Assembly: GCA_945889315.1 (NCBI GenBank)
Contig: CAMDBP010000001.1
Span: 45,005 to 109,004 of the forward strand
DNA length: 64,000 nt
Direction: 5' to 3'
From: Chitinophaga pinensis
Lineage (GTDB): Bacteria; Bacteroidota; Bacteroidia; NS11-12g; UBA9320
The position numbers and the translations under genes are program-made. A model generated the notes under the pieces. That model was not told where the DNA came from. It saw only the letters and a program-made list of their open reading frames with translations, and did not search any database. Below, piece after piece: positions 62,656 to 64,000 of the stretch (the first letter of the stretch is position 1; the number at the start of each line of letters is the position of its first letter).

Positions 62656-64000
62656 CATGACCAAAACCAACTATCCAGCGCTGTATACGCTAATTACCGT
62701 ATTTTTCTTTTGGGGCTTTATTGCTGCAGGAAATAGCATATTTATTCCCTTTTGTAAATCGTACTTCTCGTTGGACCAATTTCAGTCGCAACTTGTAGAT
62801 TTTGCATTTTACACCGCCTACTATTTAGGTGCTCTTTTACTATTTGCATTCGGGACTTTAGGAGGTACTGACATCGTAGGTAAGTGGGGTTATAAAAAAA
62901 GTATCGTCTACGGATTACTTTTTTCAGCACTTGGCGCCGGGGCTATGATTGTAGCAGTGCAGGCTAATTTATATGCAGGAATGCTGGTAGGGCTATTTAT
63001 TGTAGCATTAGGCTTTTCACTACAACAAACAGCAGCTAATCCGTTTGCCATCTTACTTGGCGACCCAAAAACTGGCGCAAGCCGCGTTAATTTAGGAGGT
63101 GGAATAAATTCTTTGGGAACCACGATTGGCCCAATAGTAGTCGCATTAGCTTTATTTGGTACTGCAGCAAGTATTACGGACGAGCAAATAAAAATGTTAG
63201 AACTTAGCAAGGTTATATACTTATACGTTGGAGTTGGATTATTATTTATTTTAGCGGCTGGACTTTTCTTTTTCTCCAAAAAAGTACCTGATGGTATTAC
63301 AACAGAGCCTGTAGAAAAAGCAAACAAAGCGCTTATCACGTTGACCGTTATGACTGTATTATTGGCCATTATGTTTGTTCCCGTATTTAGCAGTTATAAA
63401 AGCGCTGAAGCTGCGGAAATATTAACCTTAGGGAATGAAATAGTTGAACTTAACGCGGCAAATCTAGAAACCATTAATCTTGATTTAATTTCATCCAAAC
63501 AGACCAAATTGGCAGAAATAAGTGAAGGATTGGAAAACTATAGAATGGCTTGGTTGATAGGCGCTTTACTTACGGTTGTGGGAGGTTTACTATTTTCATA
63601 TACTTCCGCTAAGAAGAAACAAGATGGATGGGGAGCAATGCAATACCCTCAATTGGTGCTTGGGATGCTTGCCATTTTTACGTACGTTGGCGTAGAGGTT
63701 GCCATAGGTTCTAATCTGGGTGAACTCTTAAAATTAGATTCCTTTGGCGGATTACAATCATCGGAGATTGCTCCATATATATCCATGTATTGGGGCAGTT
63801 TAATGATAGGACGCTGGGCAGGAGCCATTAGTGTTTTTAACCTAAGCGGAATTAAAAGAACTATTGCCCTGATTGTTGTTCCAATCGTTGCGTTTGGGCT
63901 TATCCTTGGAGTTAATATACTTTCAGGTAAAGACATGACGCCTCTTTATTACTATGTAGTGTGTGTTTTCTTGCAAATTGGAGCTTTCTTTTTCAGCAAG
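62656..64000 (+). CDS. Partial CDS: L-fucose/glucose-galactose:H+ symporter-type MFS permease (FucP/GluP family); runs off the window end
   Basis: ATG 62656: MTKTNYPALYTLITVFFFWGFIAAGNSIFIPFCKSYFSLDQFQSQLVDFAFYTAYYLGALLLF... This is the classic FucP N-terminus (LFFLWGF...N.IL.P). At least 10 TM segments are visible and there is no stop before 64000. It is absent from the ORF track for that reason. Confidence 0.7.

Noticed and set aside
62742-63936. Three minus-strand ORFs (62, 153, 95 aa) listed in the track
   Set aside because: They are antisense to a long plus-strand frame (62656 to the window end) encoding a clear FucP-type MFS permease. The permease frame is missing from the track only because it lacks a stop codon within the window.
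1-64000. CRISPR arrays, tRNA/rRNA genes, transposases/integrases, toxin-antitoxin pairs
   Set aside because: Scanned by eye for regularly spaced direct repeats, GGTTCGAATCC-type T-loops and DDE/tyrosine-recombinase-like translations, and found none. The window appears to be stable chromosomal backbone rather than a mobile island.

Overview
This 64-kb window is low-GC chromosome from a Bacteroidota genome, most likely Flavobacteriia. The evidence is three T9SS type-B ('gliding motility-associated', CHU_C-like) and three type-A C-terminal sorting domains, a PorV/PorQ-like barrel, BshA, and TAnnTTTG-like promoter boxes. I found no rRNA, tRNA, CRISPR, transposase or integrase. Gene content is largely core: a split methionine synthase (Hcy-methyltransferase half at 143-1147 on the minus strand, and the pterin/B12/AdoMet half at 41369-44023 on the plus strand behind a clear SAM-I riboswitch), PdhB, TrhO, a MATE pump, an MsrB-MsrA fusion, PhnA, DgkA, PCC-beta-type carboxyltransferase, PyrC, BshA, AroE, TsaB and an ABC-F ATPase. 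Between these sit several envelope/secretion loci. (i) An ECF sigma factor, translationally coupled to a single-pass membrane anti-sigma-like protein that unexpectedly ends in a T9SS type-B sorting domain, sits directly upstream of a 2017-aa PKD-rich T9SS type-B adhesin (33294-41121). (ii) A terminator-bounded 4-gene operon (22140-24245) encodes lipoproteins with three Planctomycete-cytochrome-C-like (PSCyt1-like) CxxCH modules, an OB-fold protein and YceI. It is preceded by a 22-bp tandem repeat that duplicates a promoter -7 box, and followed by a DUF5777-like barrel and an 824-aa type-B T9SS protein whose signal peptide lies upstream of any ATG or TTG. (iii) A tightly overlapping minus-strand operon (52521-61128) encodes two T9SS type-A cargo proteins, a lipoprotein and a CarbopepD_reg TonB-dependent receptor. 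Both window edges cut genes: a lipoprotein N-terminus at 1-93 on the minus strand, and a FucP-like MFS permease from 62656 on the plus strand. All calls are from reading the sequence and ORF translations; no database searches were run.
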